A stretch of 64,000 nucleotides of DNA. Source: Macrostomum lignano. Lineage: Eukaryota. Positions 14,070 through 26,678 of this stretch are shown in pieces. How positions within the stretch are numbered: the first letter of the stretch is position 1; each line of letters begins with the position of its first letter. The notes under the pieces are model-generated. The model was not told the DNA's origin, did no database searches, and worked only from the letters and a program-made list of their open reading frames with translations. Where the stretch lies: the NCBI GenBank assembly GCA_002269645.1, contig NIVC01001222.1, positions 1 through 64,000 of the forward strand, read 5' to 3'. A program made the position numbers and the translations under genes.

Positions 14070-15361
14070 TAGAGATAAGCGCGCAAAGATGACATAGAAA
14101 TTAGCGCGCAAAGATGAGATAAACATAAGCGCGCAAAGATAACATAGAAATAAGCGCGCAAAGATAACATAGAAATAAGCGCGCAAAGATGACATAGAAA
14201 TAAGCGCGCAAAGATAACATAGAAATAAGCGCGCAAACAGGAGATAGACATAAGCGCACAAACAGGATATAGACATAAGCGCGCAAACAGGGGATAGACA
14301 TAAGCGCGCAAACAGGGGATAGACATAAGCGCGCAAACAGGGGATAGACATAAGCGCGCAAACAGGGGATAGACATAAGCGCGCAAACAGGGGATAGACA
14401 TAAGCGCGCAAACAGGGGATAGACATAAGCGCGCAAACAGGGGATAGACATAAGCGCGCAAACAGGGGATAGACATAAGCGCGCAAACAGGGGATAGACA
14501 TAAGCGCGCAAACAGGCGATAGACATAAGCGCGCAAACAGGGGATAGACATAAGCGCGCAAACAGGATATAGACATAAGCGCGCAAACAGGGGATAGACA
14601 TAAGCGCGCAAACAGGAGATAGACATAAGCGCGCAAACAGGGGATAGACATAAGCGCGCAAACAGGCGATAGACATAAGCGCGCAAACAGGGGATAGACA
14701 TAAGCGCGCAAACAGGGGATAGACATAAGCGCGCAAACAGGATATAGACATAAGCGCGCAAACAGGGGATAGACATAAGCGCGCAAACAGGATATAGACA
14801 TAAGCGCGCAAACAGGGGATAGACATAAGCGCGCAAACAGGGGATAGACATAAGCGCGCAAACAGGGGATAGACATAAGCGCGCAAACAGGATATAGACA
14901 TAAGCGCGCAAACAGGGGATAGACATAAGCGCGCAAACAGGATATAGACATAAGCGCGCAAACAGGGGATAGACATAAGCGCGCAAACAGGATATAGACA
15001 TAAGCGCGCAAACAGGGGATAGACATAAGCGCGCAAACAGGATATAGACATAAGCGCGCAAACAGGGGATAGACATAAGCGCGCAAACAGGGGATAGACA
15101 TAAGCGCGCAAACAGGGGATAGACATAAGCGCGCAAACAGGGGATAGACATAAGCGCGCAAACAGGCGATAGACATAAGCGCGCAAACAGGGGATAGACA
15201 TAAGCGCGCAAACAGGATATAGACATAAGCGCGCAAACAGGGGATAGACATAAGCGCGCAAACAGGGGATAGACATAAGCGCGCAAACAGGGGATAGACA
15301 TAAGCGCACAAACAGGGGATAGACATAAGCGCACAAACAGGATATAGAAATAAGCGCGCAA
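14070..15361. repeat. 25-bp minisatellite GCGCAAACAGGGGATAGACATAAGC, ~50 units
   Basis: Period of 25; older variant units (AAGATAACATAGAAATAAGCGCGCA) lie at the left edge. Confidence 0.97.
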
Positions 15362-15894
15362 CTGAAAGTTTGCTCCGAATTTTGAGGGATTTATTTGCGT
15401 CATAGTTTAAATCAGCTTTAATGTTCCGTAAACGTCCTGATTTATAATTTTATGACACTCAATAAGAGTACGTGAGAAGATAATTTGAAAAAAACTTGAA
15501 ATGTTTTCTAAGCATTCTTACGAGTTTTTAAGCTACGAGAAGGAGGGAATAAAAGAATTAACAGATAAATTTGCATAAACAAAATTTATACAGAAAAGTA
15601 GAAAAATGTAATAAATTGATAAATAATGAATTGAGACTTTATAGATTGATGCATAGTGATAAGCGATGACATAGGCAGTAGGTGAATGCAATGCATATTC
15701 AATAAGCTGGATCAAGCATATAGGCTAAGTCTTACAGATCTAGTGTGATAGATACATTGCGCCAAGAGGTACTCCTAAAAGGGACACAAGTAGGCTTAGT
15801 ATGAAACAAACATTACGAGACTTGTGATGATTCACAAGCATATTTAAATATCTCTTATAAGACCCAATATTTCAAAAAGGAGGCAGATCTTTTC

Positions 15895-16358
<464 letters not shown>

Positions 16359-16364
16359 CCCTCC

Positions 16365-17387
16365 TCAGGGAAGCAGACTGAAGAAATGGCGAATCTGCTG
16401 CTCAGACATTGAGCCGCTGGCGATGCCGATGGCGCTCACCGTGCCTCGGAGAGTGTAGTTCCACCAGAAGGTCTCGTACCTGCCGATCAATATGATCGGG
16501 CACGCGAGAAAGTTAAATGTCGTACCACTGTGCCGTGTCGCATTGTCGTCAAAGGAGGACCCAATGAACAGATGGCTGCTCGCGGCGTCCGTTCCGATTG
16601 TGACCGCGATGTCAATCCATGAACTCGAGTGGGGAAGAGTACCGTTAATCAAGGCGACTTTCTGAGCGAGGCGGTTTTCGCGTTTGAAACGAAGTCTGTA
16701 TGTAGGAATTTCGACTAAAGATGGGCCGATATCGGCAAAGTTAGAGCAGGAAACAACCACAATGAATGGCTGAATTCTCGGCTCCCTTCTAACCCTCATC
16801 ATCCAGGTGAAGCCAGCTAGAGTGTCGATGGAGACGAAGCGACTATCGTTAAGCATAGCGTAGGAGGATTCCCCATCGAACTGGGCACCCTCCTCAGTCC
16901 ACTGCAGGTTCGCGGTCTCCAGTTTGCCGCCGCCGTCGCTCTGGCACACCAGGTTGCTGAACCGGCTGCTCCCACCGGCCAGCCACACGCCAAGCAGGTC
17001 AGAGCCGAGCGAAGCATCGCAGCTTTCCTAAGACAACGCGCGATACACCAAGCACTGCGACTCAGTCCACTGCATCGCAGCTTCAGCTCCCATCGCAACG
17101 GCGCCAGTAGCCTGCATCACGCGACACACCTGCTGGTAGTGGAAGAGCGAGCACACACCTGTCTGCTTGTTCCACTGAAGCACTAGGTCGTCCGGCTCGT
17201 TGCTCGCTACGATGGCGCAACCGTGCAGTCTTTGAGAGTTCCACTGCTTCAACGCCGAGCTTTCGTTAAGGCACTGCGGCATCCCATATTGGCACCAGCG
17301 CCTGCGGCACGTGTTAGCGCAACTGGACGCAACAAATGCACAGAGAAGCAGCTGAACCAGTGAAATAATATTTTTGTAGAAACTCAT
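16365..17387 (-). CDS. Intronless secreted protein: signal peptide, Cys-rich degenerate PAN/apple-like module, LamG/concanavalin-A-like domain; one in-frame TAG at 17028-17030 (possible pseudogene)
   Basis: ORFs 17028..17387 and 16365..16988 are in the same frame (..VYRALS*ESCDASLGSDLLGVW..). The N-terminus is hydrophobic. LamG_3-like motifs: FDGESSYA.L, FTWMMRV, WIDIAVT, LIG, LRGTVSAIGI...MSEQQI..FF. Confidence 0.72.
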
Positions 17388-17749
17388 TTCTTTGCTGGCC
17401 AGGATTTCTTGGTTCGATAAAGTTTCGTTTCGTGTGAAGTCACTTTGTTGTTTCGTTCAGATAGAAACCTTCGACTTAAGATATTAATTAGGTCATTGAC
17501 TGATTGGGCTTGAGCGACGCGTCATAAGCTGTAATAAAAAGCTTTCTTCCTGTACATTTTCATTGGTTCCAACTTCCGAGCCAAGAGAAAGTGCTCAGTG
17601 CTACTCAGCACTCCAACCCAGCGCTCATAATACGCATTGTATCATCATTTTGGAGGGGTTTTTAGAAGTATACCAATCCAGCCTGCATTGCTCTTGTTTC
17701 AGAACGGATATTGGGGTGTTGTCAAACTGCTGTCAGATCCACGTTGGGA

Positions 17750-17880
17750 ATTGCTGAGATGCTGTGGCTCATGGGTATTGCTGATATGCTGTGGCTCATG
17801 GGTATTGCTGAGATGCTGTGGCTCATGGGGGAATTACTGGAATGCTGTGGCTCATTGGGTATTGCTGAGATGCTGTGGCT
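17750..17880. repeat. 27-bp minisatellite GCTGAGATGCTGTGGCTCATGGGTATT, ~5 units
   Basis: Direct tandem repeats. Confidence 0.85.
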
Positions 17881-18554
17881 TATAGGGGTCATGTGTTGTA
17901 TCTCAGTGGGTTTTTATTAAAGTACTGACATTTCAATCAGTCCTTCCTATATACTAAAAATGTGATGTCTATATATATGTGATAGATTAGAGAAAAAATG
18001 GCTGGACCGATTTTGTTCGAACTTGCACTGTTCGATCAGAAATTTTCCCGTGACGGTACATGCATCGTGGCTAAGAAATTGCTCGATGCTAAAGGCATTA
18101 AATTTTCGAAAAACATGCTTTTTTGCAAAGGTCAAGCAAACTTTTTGACTTGAAATGCATTGTAAGAATGCTAGAGAAAAAACTGACTGGTTGAATTCTG
18201 ACTCTGAAATAGATTGCATCATAACTGAATTGTAACTCTGACTTGAATTGAAAATGCAGTGTGGAAGCCTAGCACCAGACTTGATTTAAATTGCGTAACC
18301 ATATTGTTAACTGATACTGACTGAGTGAGAAACTGATTATGTCATAACTGCTTCGTGTGATTTACTCTATGCTTGGATTTAAAAGTGTTGAGTTATATAA
18401 GTGCAAAAGTTGATGTTATCAAAACGATGAGAGCTAGCCTAAAGGTGAACAACCTGAACTGCTAAATGCAGTGACGATGGTTTGAATTTTCATAGAGTAT
18501 AATTTTTTTAATTAAAGCTTTTCAACGTCAGGAAAACTAAAAGACTTTTTAAAA

Positions 18555-18900
18555 AGAAGCGTCATGTAAAAATCATAGAAGCGTCATTTACAAAATCATA
18601 GAAGCATCATTTAAAAAATCATAGAAGCGTCATTTACAAAATCATAGAAGCATCATTTAAAAAATCATAGAAGCGTCATTTACAAAATCATAGAAGCATC
18701 ATTTAAAAAATCATAGAAGCGTCATGTAAACAATCATAGAAGCGTCATGTAAAAAATCGTAGAAGCGTCATATAAAAATCATAGAAGCGTCATGTAAACA
18801 ATCATAGAAGCGTCATGTAAAAATCATAGAAGCGTCAAGAAAAAATCATAGAAGCCTCATTTAAAAACTAATGAAAGTGTCATTTAAAAAATTAAGAAGC
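18555..18900. repeat. ~23-bp minisatellite AAAATCATAGAAGCGTCAT(TTA/GTA)
   Basis: About 14 degenerate units. Confidence 0.88.
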
Positions 18901-18959
18901 GTCACGGTAGAATAAAAGAAACGTCATGTCAGACATGAAGGGTTCATGTAAAAATTAAA

Positions 18960-20040
18960 TGCAACTATAATGCTGTGCTGGGGAGAAAAACTGAGACGTC
19001 AAGGCTCTCAGAGAATAACTGAGATTACGGGGGGGGGTTTCTGAGATGTCAAAGCAAAAGTCAGAAGCTACTTCAAAGTTCATGTACTTTACTCCATTTT
19101 TTATTGCATTCTTTGTTGGCTCGTCACGGGGGGGCGCTGATAGAAGAAAAGTCATGTAAAAAATAAAAGTAGCACTATGTATACATAAAAGAAAAGTCAT
19201 GTCGAAGTTAAAAGATTCATTTGGGAATTGCTACGATGTCAAAGCTTGGTGGAAATCGTTATAGTGCTGTGATTCTTAAAGAAAGAATCACTAAAATGTC
19301 AAGGCTTAGGGGAGAAGAATTGCTGAGATTTCAAGGCTTTAGGTTGGGTTAAAGTAAGGTTTAGGTCAGGTGTGGGTTGAGGGTTATATTTTATCGGGTT
19401 TCAAGGTTAACAGGGGATTTTTTAGATTTCAAGGTTTATGGGGGCCATTGCTGACATGTCAAGGCTTACGGGGGAATAGCTGAGATGTCAAGGCTCACGG
19501 GGGTATAAATGAGATTTCAAGGCTAAAGTCAGAAGCTACATGTAGTTTATTGAAAACTTTTTATTACATTATTTGATGCCTCCTCAGGGGAGGGATCGCT
19601 GATAAAAAAGCGTAATGTAAAAAATAAAAGAAGCTTCATGTCGAAGTTAAGAGATTCATTTGGGAATCCCTACGATGTTGAGGCTTGCAAGGAATCGCTA
19701 TAATGCTGTAGTAGTGCTATAATGACTCTTAGAGAGAATTACTGAAATTTCAATGCTTTAGGGTTAGGTTAGGGTTAGGGTTAGGGTTAGGGTTAGGGTT
19801 AGGGTTAGGCTAGGGTTGGGGTTAGAAGGTTGACAGATATTTTTAGATTTCCAAGGCTTATTGGGGGCATTGCTGAGATGTCAAGGGGGGGAAGTTGATA
19901 TGTTAAAGCTTGTGGGGGGGGATAACTGACATGTCAAGGCTTACAAGGTTTGACAGGAGATTTTTTAAGATTTCAAGGATACATGTAGCTTATTAAAAAA
20001 ACGTGTATTGCATTTCTTTGGCTCCCCAACGGGGGGCGTA
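18960..20040. mobile_element. Tandem copies of a dispersed non-coding repeat with GCTGAGATGTCAAGGCT sub-repeats and telomere-like TTAGGG runs
   Basis: Homologous blocks occur at ~55365-55670 and ~61130-61620, each ending ..TT(T/G)GCTC(C/T)..GGG. The (TTAGGG)n run is at 19758-19825. Confidence 0.7.
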
Positions 20041-20142
20041 GATTGCTAGTTTTAAACTAAGACCAATATACAGCGTTTGTGCGTTAACTGTGAAAATTGT
20101 GGGAATTCTAGCAGACTTACAAACAAAATATCGTCAGAAACA

Positions 20143-20343
20143 ATGGATGCTGGAGGAGAAGGTAGGGGAGGGCTGGAAAGAGAAAACCCCAGTGCTGCGA
20201 CACTGTTGAAGTTTTGGGATGCTGCTAGAGAAAGGTCTGGGCCGCAGCCACCCCCTCCCCAGTCGCCCTCGCAAACTGCGCTCCACAGAAAACTAAAAGA
20301 AGTAGCAACCAAGCTTGACAAACGACAGGAGCTCAAATTTTAG
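20143..20343 (+). CDS. Small 66-aa ORF of unknown function (MDAGGEGRGG...QELKF)
   Basis: ATG to TAG is intact. A degenerate paralog at 13231-13426 shares the start and stop positions. No recognisable domain. Confidence 0.35.
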   Translation: MDAGGEGRGGLERENPSAATLLKFWDAARERSGPQPPPPQSPSQTALHRKLKEVATKLDKRQELKF

Positions 20344-20394
20344 ACGTGGCTTCCGCGGGTCTAAGAGCCTGGGTGTTCGCCAGGTAGAGCGGCT

Positions 20395-21302
20395 ACAAAG
20401 AGACAAGGGCGCCAAAAAGAGGCAGGGGTGCCAAACAAGAGACAGGGGTGCCCACCAAGAGACAGGGGCGCCCACCAGGAGACAGGGGCGCCCGGCCAAG
20501 AGAAGGGGCGCCCACCAAGAGACAGGGGCGCCCACCAAGAGACAGGGGCGCACACCAAGAGACAGGGGCGCCCACCAAGAGACAGGGGCGCCCACCAAGA
20601 GACAGGGGCGCCCACCAAGAGATAGGGGCGCCCACCAAGAGACAGGGGCGCCCACCAAGAGACAGGGGCGCCCACCAAGAGACAGGGGCGCCCACCAAGA
20701 GACAGGGGCGCCCACCAAGAGATAGGGGCGCCAAACAAGAGACAGTGGCGCCAAAAAAGAGACAGGGGCGTCCACCAAGAGACAGGGGCGCCCACCAAGA
20801 GACAGGGGCGCCCACCAAAAGATAGGGGCGCCAAACAAGAGACAGTGGCGCCAAAAAAGAGAGAGGGGCGTCCACCAAGAGACAGTGGCGCCCACCAGGA
20901 GATAGGGGCGCCCGGCCAAGAGACAGGAGCGCCCAGCAAGAGACAGGGGCGCCCACCAGGAGATAGGGTCGCCCGGCCAAGAGACAGGAGCGCCCAGCAA
21001 GAGATAGGGGCGCCAAACAAGAGATAGGGGCGCCCGGCCAAGAGACAGGAGCGCCCAGCAAGAGACAGGGGCGCCCACCAAGAGACAGGGGCGCCCATCA
21101 AGAGACAGGGGCGCCCAGCAAGAGACAGGGGCGCCCACCAGGAGATAGGGGCGCCCGGCCAAGAGACAGGGGCGCCCAGCAAGAGACAGGGGCGCCCACC
21201 AAGAGACAGGAGCGCCAAACAAGAGACAGTGGCGCCAAAAAAGTGACTGGGCGCCCACCAAGAGACAGGGGCGCCACCCGGCAAGAGACAGGGGCACGCG
21301 CC
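20395..21302. repeat. 20-bp minisatellite AAGAGACAGGGGCGCCCACC, ~45 units
   Basis: Period of 20. The overlapping ORFs are repeat artefacts. Confidence 0.96.
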
Positions 21303-21958
21303 AAAAAGATCTGTATTTAGAAAAAGTTGCATAAATGTATTTGATATACTTTAGCCCTTATAACTGATTTGTAATTGTAAAATTAGACAGCTGATGAAGT
21401 TCCGAGCTGGTACCTTCTTTACAGGAAATTTTAATTGCTGGCAACTTTCGTACTCCCTATTTACGTTAGGAGATTCGCTTTTTCACTACTAGTAGTTGTT
21501 CAGGCTTTGGCACTAGGATAGGAACGTGATTTGCGAGTTTTTATGCAAAGTAAAGAGCAGTTTGACTGTGAGAAAGCAATATTAGTGTAGGCAGGCTGAT
21601 AGTCGCTGAGAAGATGGGCCCACTGCTCAAGAGCTTCAAAGTCGTATTGTCTTAAAACCAGCGCTACTTCGTTTCCTTCTGGGGAGTAAAAGACAAAGAG
21701 TTAAAATGCAATCATGAAGAATACAAAGCATGCTGTATAGACTTTAATTGAATAGACTTGCGCAGCCTCCTTAAGTTGCGCTGCTTGCTGTCCTGGCAGC
21801 TGCAAGAGGCCAGAAAGTCTTTCAACTGTTTTTTGATCGATTAAGTCTTGACTGCTTGACTGCGAGAAGAGCGGGATGAGAAACCATGGCAACACAGGAG
21901 TCAGCCTTGGGAGGCAGTTAAGAAAAAACCAAACCAAACTGGTTTTGAGTCCATAGTG

Positions 21959-21966
21959 TATAAATA
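21959..21966 (+). promoter_or_regulatory. TATA box of PAN-FReD gene A
   Basis: TATAAATA 114 bp upstream of the ATG; conserved at 26557, 761 and 7078. Confidence 0.65.
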
Positions 21967-22072
21967 GAAACTTGGAAGCTACTCAGTTGAGGCGCTACTC
22001 AAAACCTCCGGTAGACTCTCTTGAAAACTGAAAGCTGCAAAAAAGTTTAAAATTTTACAAACTCTCTCTGAA

Positions 22073-24205
22073 ATGATATTGAAGTTTGTCACCCACTGCA
22101 TTCTGGTCGGTGCCGCCATGGCCCAAGCATTGAATGGTGCAGGTAAGACATTAGATTAAATTTTCTAGAGATTTTATCTTTAGCCATAACATCACTGCAA
22201 GTTCTCAAATTTTTGCAGAGTACTCGACTGACCCAGTGGAGTCGCTGAACTCCACTGCTCCGATTACATCAGCTGGTGGAAGCAGCGACATTCACTGCAC
22301 TGTGCAGTGCTCGGCCGCTGGAGCCGCCGTCTGCGCCGCCACCGCCTACGTGGAAGAGACTCGGGTGTGCCTGTTCTCAGGCGTGAGCAATGCGGACTTC
22401 TCTGCTGCCGCTTCGAGCAGCACCGTCTTCCGTAGGGTGAAAGGTGCGTTGTCAATATAACGGAGAAGCAGTTATGCGCCTTTGAAGGAGCTTAGTTAGT
22501 TTGCAAAGGAGTTTCGGGTACTCACCATTTCCAATGTCCAGCTATATGCCTGAGCGCGTATGAACACTTTAGAGAGGCAACTTCTCTCAAGCAGGGTGTA
22601 GAGTTGCCCTGAATTTCTCACCTTATAGACAGTGTACACACTAGGTGCCTTGAAGGATAATTTCTGCACCCAAACCCTTAAATTGTTCACTGTAGCTATT
22701 TAAAAACTTCGATGTCTCAGTAACTTTTTATCACCGATTTTCTGCCAGGTCCCAAGCCAGATTTGGGGTACTACGTGATGCTGAATAGGACTCGTACGAA
22801 CGTGCAAATGAGTTTTGCTAGAAACTGGACAGAGTACGAAAACGGATTCGGCGATGGAATCGACGTGTGGCTTGGTGAGCATTATCTTACGTCATGGCTG
22901 CTACCACAGCGTTTTTTGTGGCTAAATGAATATTTTTGCCCGTTTTATTCGATTTTCGGTTGTCTTCGATAGGTTAGCCATACCAAGAGGCCATTTCTTT
23001 AAGATAGATTTAGGGTACTTCGCAGAGGCTGGTTTGAAATTCAAGCAGGCTTAAAATCGAGTGACACTATGATACAACGAGTGCAAATAAAATGTTTAAC
23101 TTTCAAAGATGCGTAAGAATGCGTTTTTATTGCGTCCAATTTGGTGCAGTGCATAGAGTCAGCGAGTTCATATTCACCATTGGCTAACAACTGAAATCGC
23201 CATTCAATTTGAATTATTTCACCATCATCAAACTCCAAGCCTCCAGTTACGCATGTATTCACTGTCCTATCTCTTTACTGTCCACCAGACTGACTATAGC
23301 GCACAGTCCCCTCTGCGCTATTTTTTTCTTTAGCCACGCCTTCCAGCAGTGGCCCAACTTGCTCGCAGTTAAAAACCCAATTGATTTCTGTTGTCTATGG
23401 CTTGTCCGTGTAAAATATCTGTCACATCTTAGCCTGCTGACGGCCACGCATCAAATTAACAGAACTACCAGTGGGTGGGGGCAACCGGCAATCTGACAAT
23501 TTTTTGCTGCGCCGTACATGAACTTCAAGAACACGGGCTAACTTTTTGTTGCCACCTTCTCAAACAAAAATCAAGTCGCCAGCCCTCGGGACCATCGAGA
23601 TATTCTACGATTCTGCCAGAAGGTCGGATTTTCCCATAAGCTCTAGTGTATTCACGACACCCCAGTGAGTGTATAAGCACTGCGCTTCAGTACAGCAGTG
23701 AAGAAAAAACCAAATAGGACGCAATAAGATACATTCACATGAAATGACTAATTAAAGCAATTGCTATTTTGTTTTAGGACTTCGGAGAATTCACGAACTG
23801 ACTGAAAACACGCCAAGGAAACTGCGAGTAGAAGCTGTCCTCACATCCGGTGTTCTCCACGTATACGAGTACTCCGGATTCTCCGTGGGCAACGCCAGCA
23901 CAAACTACCAAGTGACCTTTGATTCATTTTTGTCAGCCAACTCCAACGGAACCTATGATGCCATGACTTACCACAAGGGAATGCAGTTCTCAACATTTGA
24001 TAGGGACAACGATATGTCAGCATCCTCTTCATGCTCGCAGTCCAACGGTAATGTCGGCTGGTGGTTTAAAAGCTGTTACTATGCTCTTCCTACGGGAAGA
24101 ATAGAATTCTCAAATACTGATGGTGAACATGTGTTAATATTATGGGACGCCGATGGCTACATGATTTGCAACCACATTAAAATGTTATTGCTAGACCTAG
24201 ACTAG
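22073..24205 (+). CDS. PAN/apple + fibrinogen-related domain secreted protein, copy A (282 aa, no Thr linker)
   Basis: Exons 22073-22142, 22219-22443, 22749-22874 and 23778-24205; all introns GT-AG and phase 1. Signal peptide MILKFVTHCILVGAAMA; PAN Cys pattern CTVQC..C.ATAY....CLF; FReD motifs F.RNW.EYENGFG, WLG, QFSTFDRDND, GWWFKSC. Confidence 0.92.
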
Positions 24206-24577
24206 TGCGAACACGCTGGAGTCCCAAAATCAAATCACACTACTGATGTACAAGGCGACAAAGAATATGAACAAGCCCTAAAATAACTTAAAAGATTCAA
24301 AATTATTTTGATTTCAAGGCGATGTTAACGAGCTTAAAGCTTACAGGAAGGTACAAGGCGCGGAGTAATTAAAAAAATAATATTTTGGCAGACAACGCAA
24401 AGAAATAGTGGATTAAATTACAGCAAAATTTAGGTAAAGCAAACGGGGAAATTTTGGCAAAGTTTACAAATAACCTTGGAAAGTTGAATTGCAGAAAAAT
24501 TTTAGTTGCTGTTTCTTATCCGCTAGAACATTATAACTTCTATTAAATTAAAAAAGTAGAATTATACGAGCAGATAT

Positions 24578-25730
24578 AGTTACTGGCCTAAGTTCGATCA
24601 GTGCATGTTCGGACTCTAGCAAACAGTCGGATATGAATTTCAATGAGCCATTTTCCGTTCTTTTTACATGTAAATCAAGCGAACACAAAAACAGAGCAAC
24701 ACAGGCTCACGAAATTCAAGAACACGGGCTAACTTTATTGGTGCACACCTCGAACAAAAAAGTCCTTCTGCCAGAAGATCGCGTTTTTATAAGCGCTAAT
24801 GCATTCAGTACACCCTGTGTGCCACTTGCATGGCTTTGCAAGGACTTTATATTTCGTTTTTAATAACGTGTCTACATCAAATTTCTGACATCGATGTTAT
24901 CTGGCCTTTACATAGGCGGAGCTTCTGATCACCTTTAACTTTTTGAAGCTTGTGGGTATCGATGCTTGATCAACAACATTAGGCATCTGGTGTCGAACCC
25001 CTGGTCCTTGAAGTTTGTGTGCCCAACTTGTTCCAGTAAAAAACTAACTATAATTCTGTTTTCACCCAGCTATGTCCTTGCGACCGAATATCTTTAACGT
25101 TTCAAATCTTTTTAATAACGATGGCGCAGTGAAGTTTTGGGAGCCCTGCGAAATTGATATATCGCAGGTCCAACTTGAGTGTTCGGTTCGTATCGCCTGC
25201 TAATCAATGATGTACATTAATATTGGCTAGAGTTTCTTTAATCGTAGTTTTCTGGAAGTTTTTAAAAACGAAAATTTTGACGCTGAGCAAAATGATTTTT
25301 GGCTGAAATGAATAACTTAATACATGTACATGTGTTTTTTGTAGTTTCTATTCTACATGCTATTTCACTGTAATTCTGGAAAATAATTCTGCTAGATGTA
25401 ACGATTAACATATCAAAAATGCGCAATTTAAGACGTAGCAGTTTTTTTCTAATAGCATGTAGTTCCTTAAACATGAATATTTATAAACCGATGAAATACG
25501 GTTACTTTTTTACGTGCAACCGTGTCTGTTCTAAAATCGAGAATCTTGACTTTGTTTTTATGTTTCTCCTCAAAATTACTTTTAATTTAACCAGTTTAGC
25601 AAAAACTGTTGTTTTTTAAAGAAATATTCTGTACTAAGTAGTACTCCTTTATCCCAAAAATTTGCATATTACATGTATATATCTATATATATATATATCT
25701 TGCACCACCTTATTCCGTCAATATTAGCAC
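24578..25730. repeat. Diverged paralog of 945-2200 / 7260-8520 (shared 3' flank of the gene family)
   Basis: Colinear similarity from ACTGGCCTAAGTTCGATCA to TCTTGCACCACC..TTCCGTCAATATTA. Confidence 0.85.
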
Positions 25731-26024
25731 AAAATCTGATGTATCTTTCTACTTATTACTATTACTATTAACCAAAAAAAATTCTTTTAAACAAACGGCT
25801 TAAATCTCACCAGCGTTAATTTTCAAGTCTTTGAAAGCTTCGTTAATTTGCAGCAAGAATTGAGAAGTCACAGAGAAGCAGTACAGCCACTCACAGCTCC
25901 ACAAGGCCAAGGGAGTGAGGTTGAGGGCAAGGGACCATTGTTCCAAAGTCAGGAGCTACGAAGACCAGTGCCCAAGCGGCCCTGTCGTGGGTCAGTACAT
26001 GTACATGTAACCAGTACATGTAAG

Positions 26025-26100
26025 TCATGGGTCGGCAAACTCCGGCCCGTGAGCCACATGCAGCCTGAAAAGCTAATTCTCTATTCGGCCCTCGGGTCTT
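26025..26100 (+). mobile_element. Remnant left end of a hAT (Charlie-like) MITE; a second copy lies at ~32238-32310
   Basis: GGGTCGGCAAACTCCGGCCCGTGAGCCACATGCAGCC resembles hAT-Charlie 5' termini (CAGGGGTCGGCAAAC..GGCCCGCGGGCC). Confidence 0.45.
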
Positions 26101-26678
26101 TTGAAACGTGTCTCGCAAGCTCACTCAAGATTTGCGTCTCTCTCTTCTCAGCTCTCCCTCTTCTCTTTCCCCCCTTTTCTCTCTACCCTCTTCGCTTCTC
26201 TCTGCTCTCCTCTCTTCCTTTCTCTCTCTTCTCTCTCATCTTTTCTTTTCTCTTTTCTCTTCTCTCTCTTTTCTCTATCTTGCAACGTGCAGAAAGATTA
26301 ATTGCAACTGCACTACTGTTGAGTCCAGCATCCCAGAAAAGGAAGTGGCGGTTGAGTGACAGGTGATTCCATTGTTTTTTTAGTTTTAAGAGCGAAGAAG
26401 AAGCGCGGAGGCCAAGCAAATTTATTGATTCTCTGAGCTGAGTCTTGAATCCTTGACTGCAGGAAGAGCGGGATGGGAAACCATAGCAACACAGGAGTCA
26501 ACCTTGGGAGACAGATAAGAAAGAAACCAAACAAAACTGGTTTTGAGTCCATAGTGTATAAATAGAAGCTTGGAAGCTACTCAGTTGAGGTGCTTCTCAA
26601 AGCCTTCTTCAGACTCTCTTGAAAACTGAAATTTGCAAAAAAAAGTTCGAAAATTCGGAAAAACAAACTTTCCCGGAA

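Noticed and set aside
13991-15403. Three overlapping 411-470 aa Cys/Leu-rich ORFs
   Set aside because: A 25-bp repeat is open in all three minus frames by composition.
19758-19825. Relic telomere or chromosome fusion site
   Set aside because: Short, single orientation and embedded in a dispersed repeat present several times in the window.
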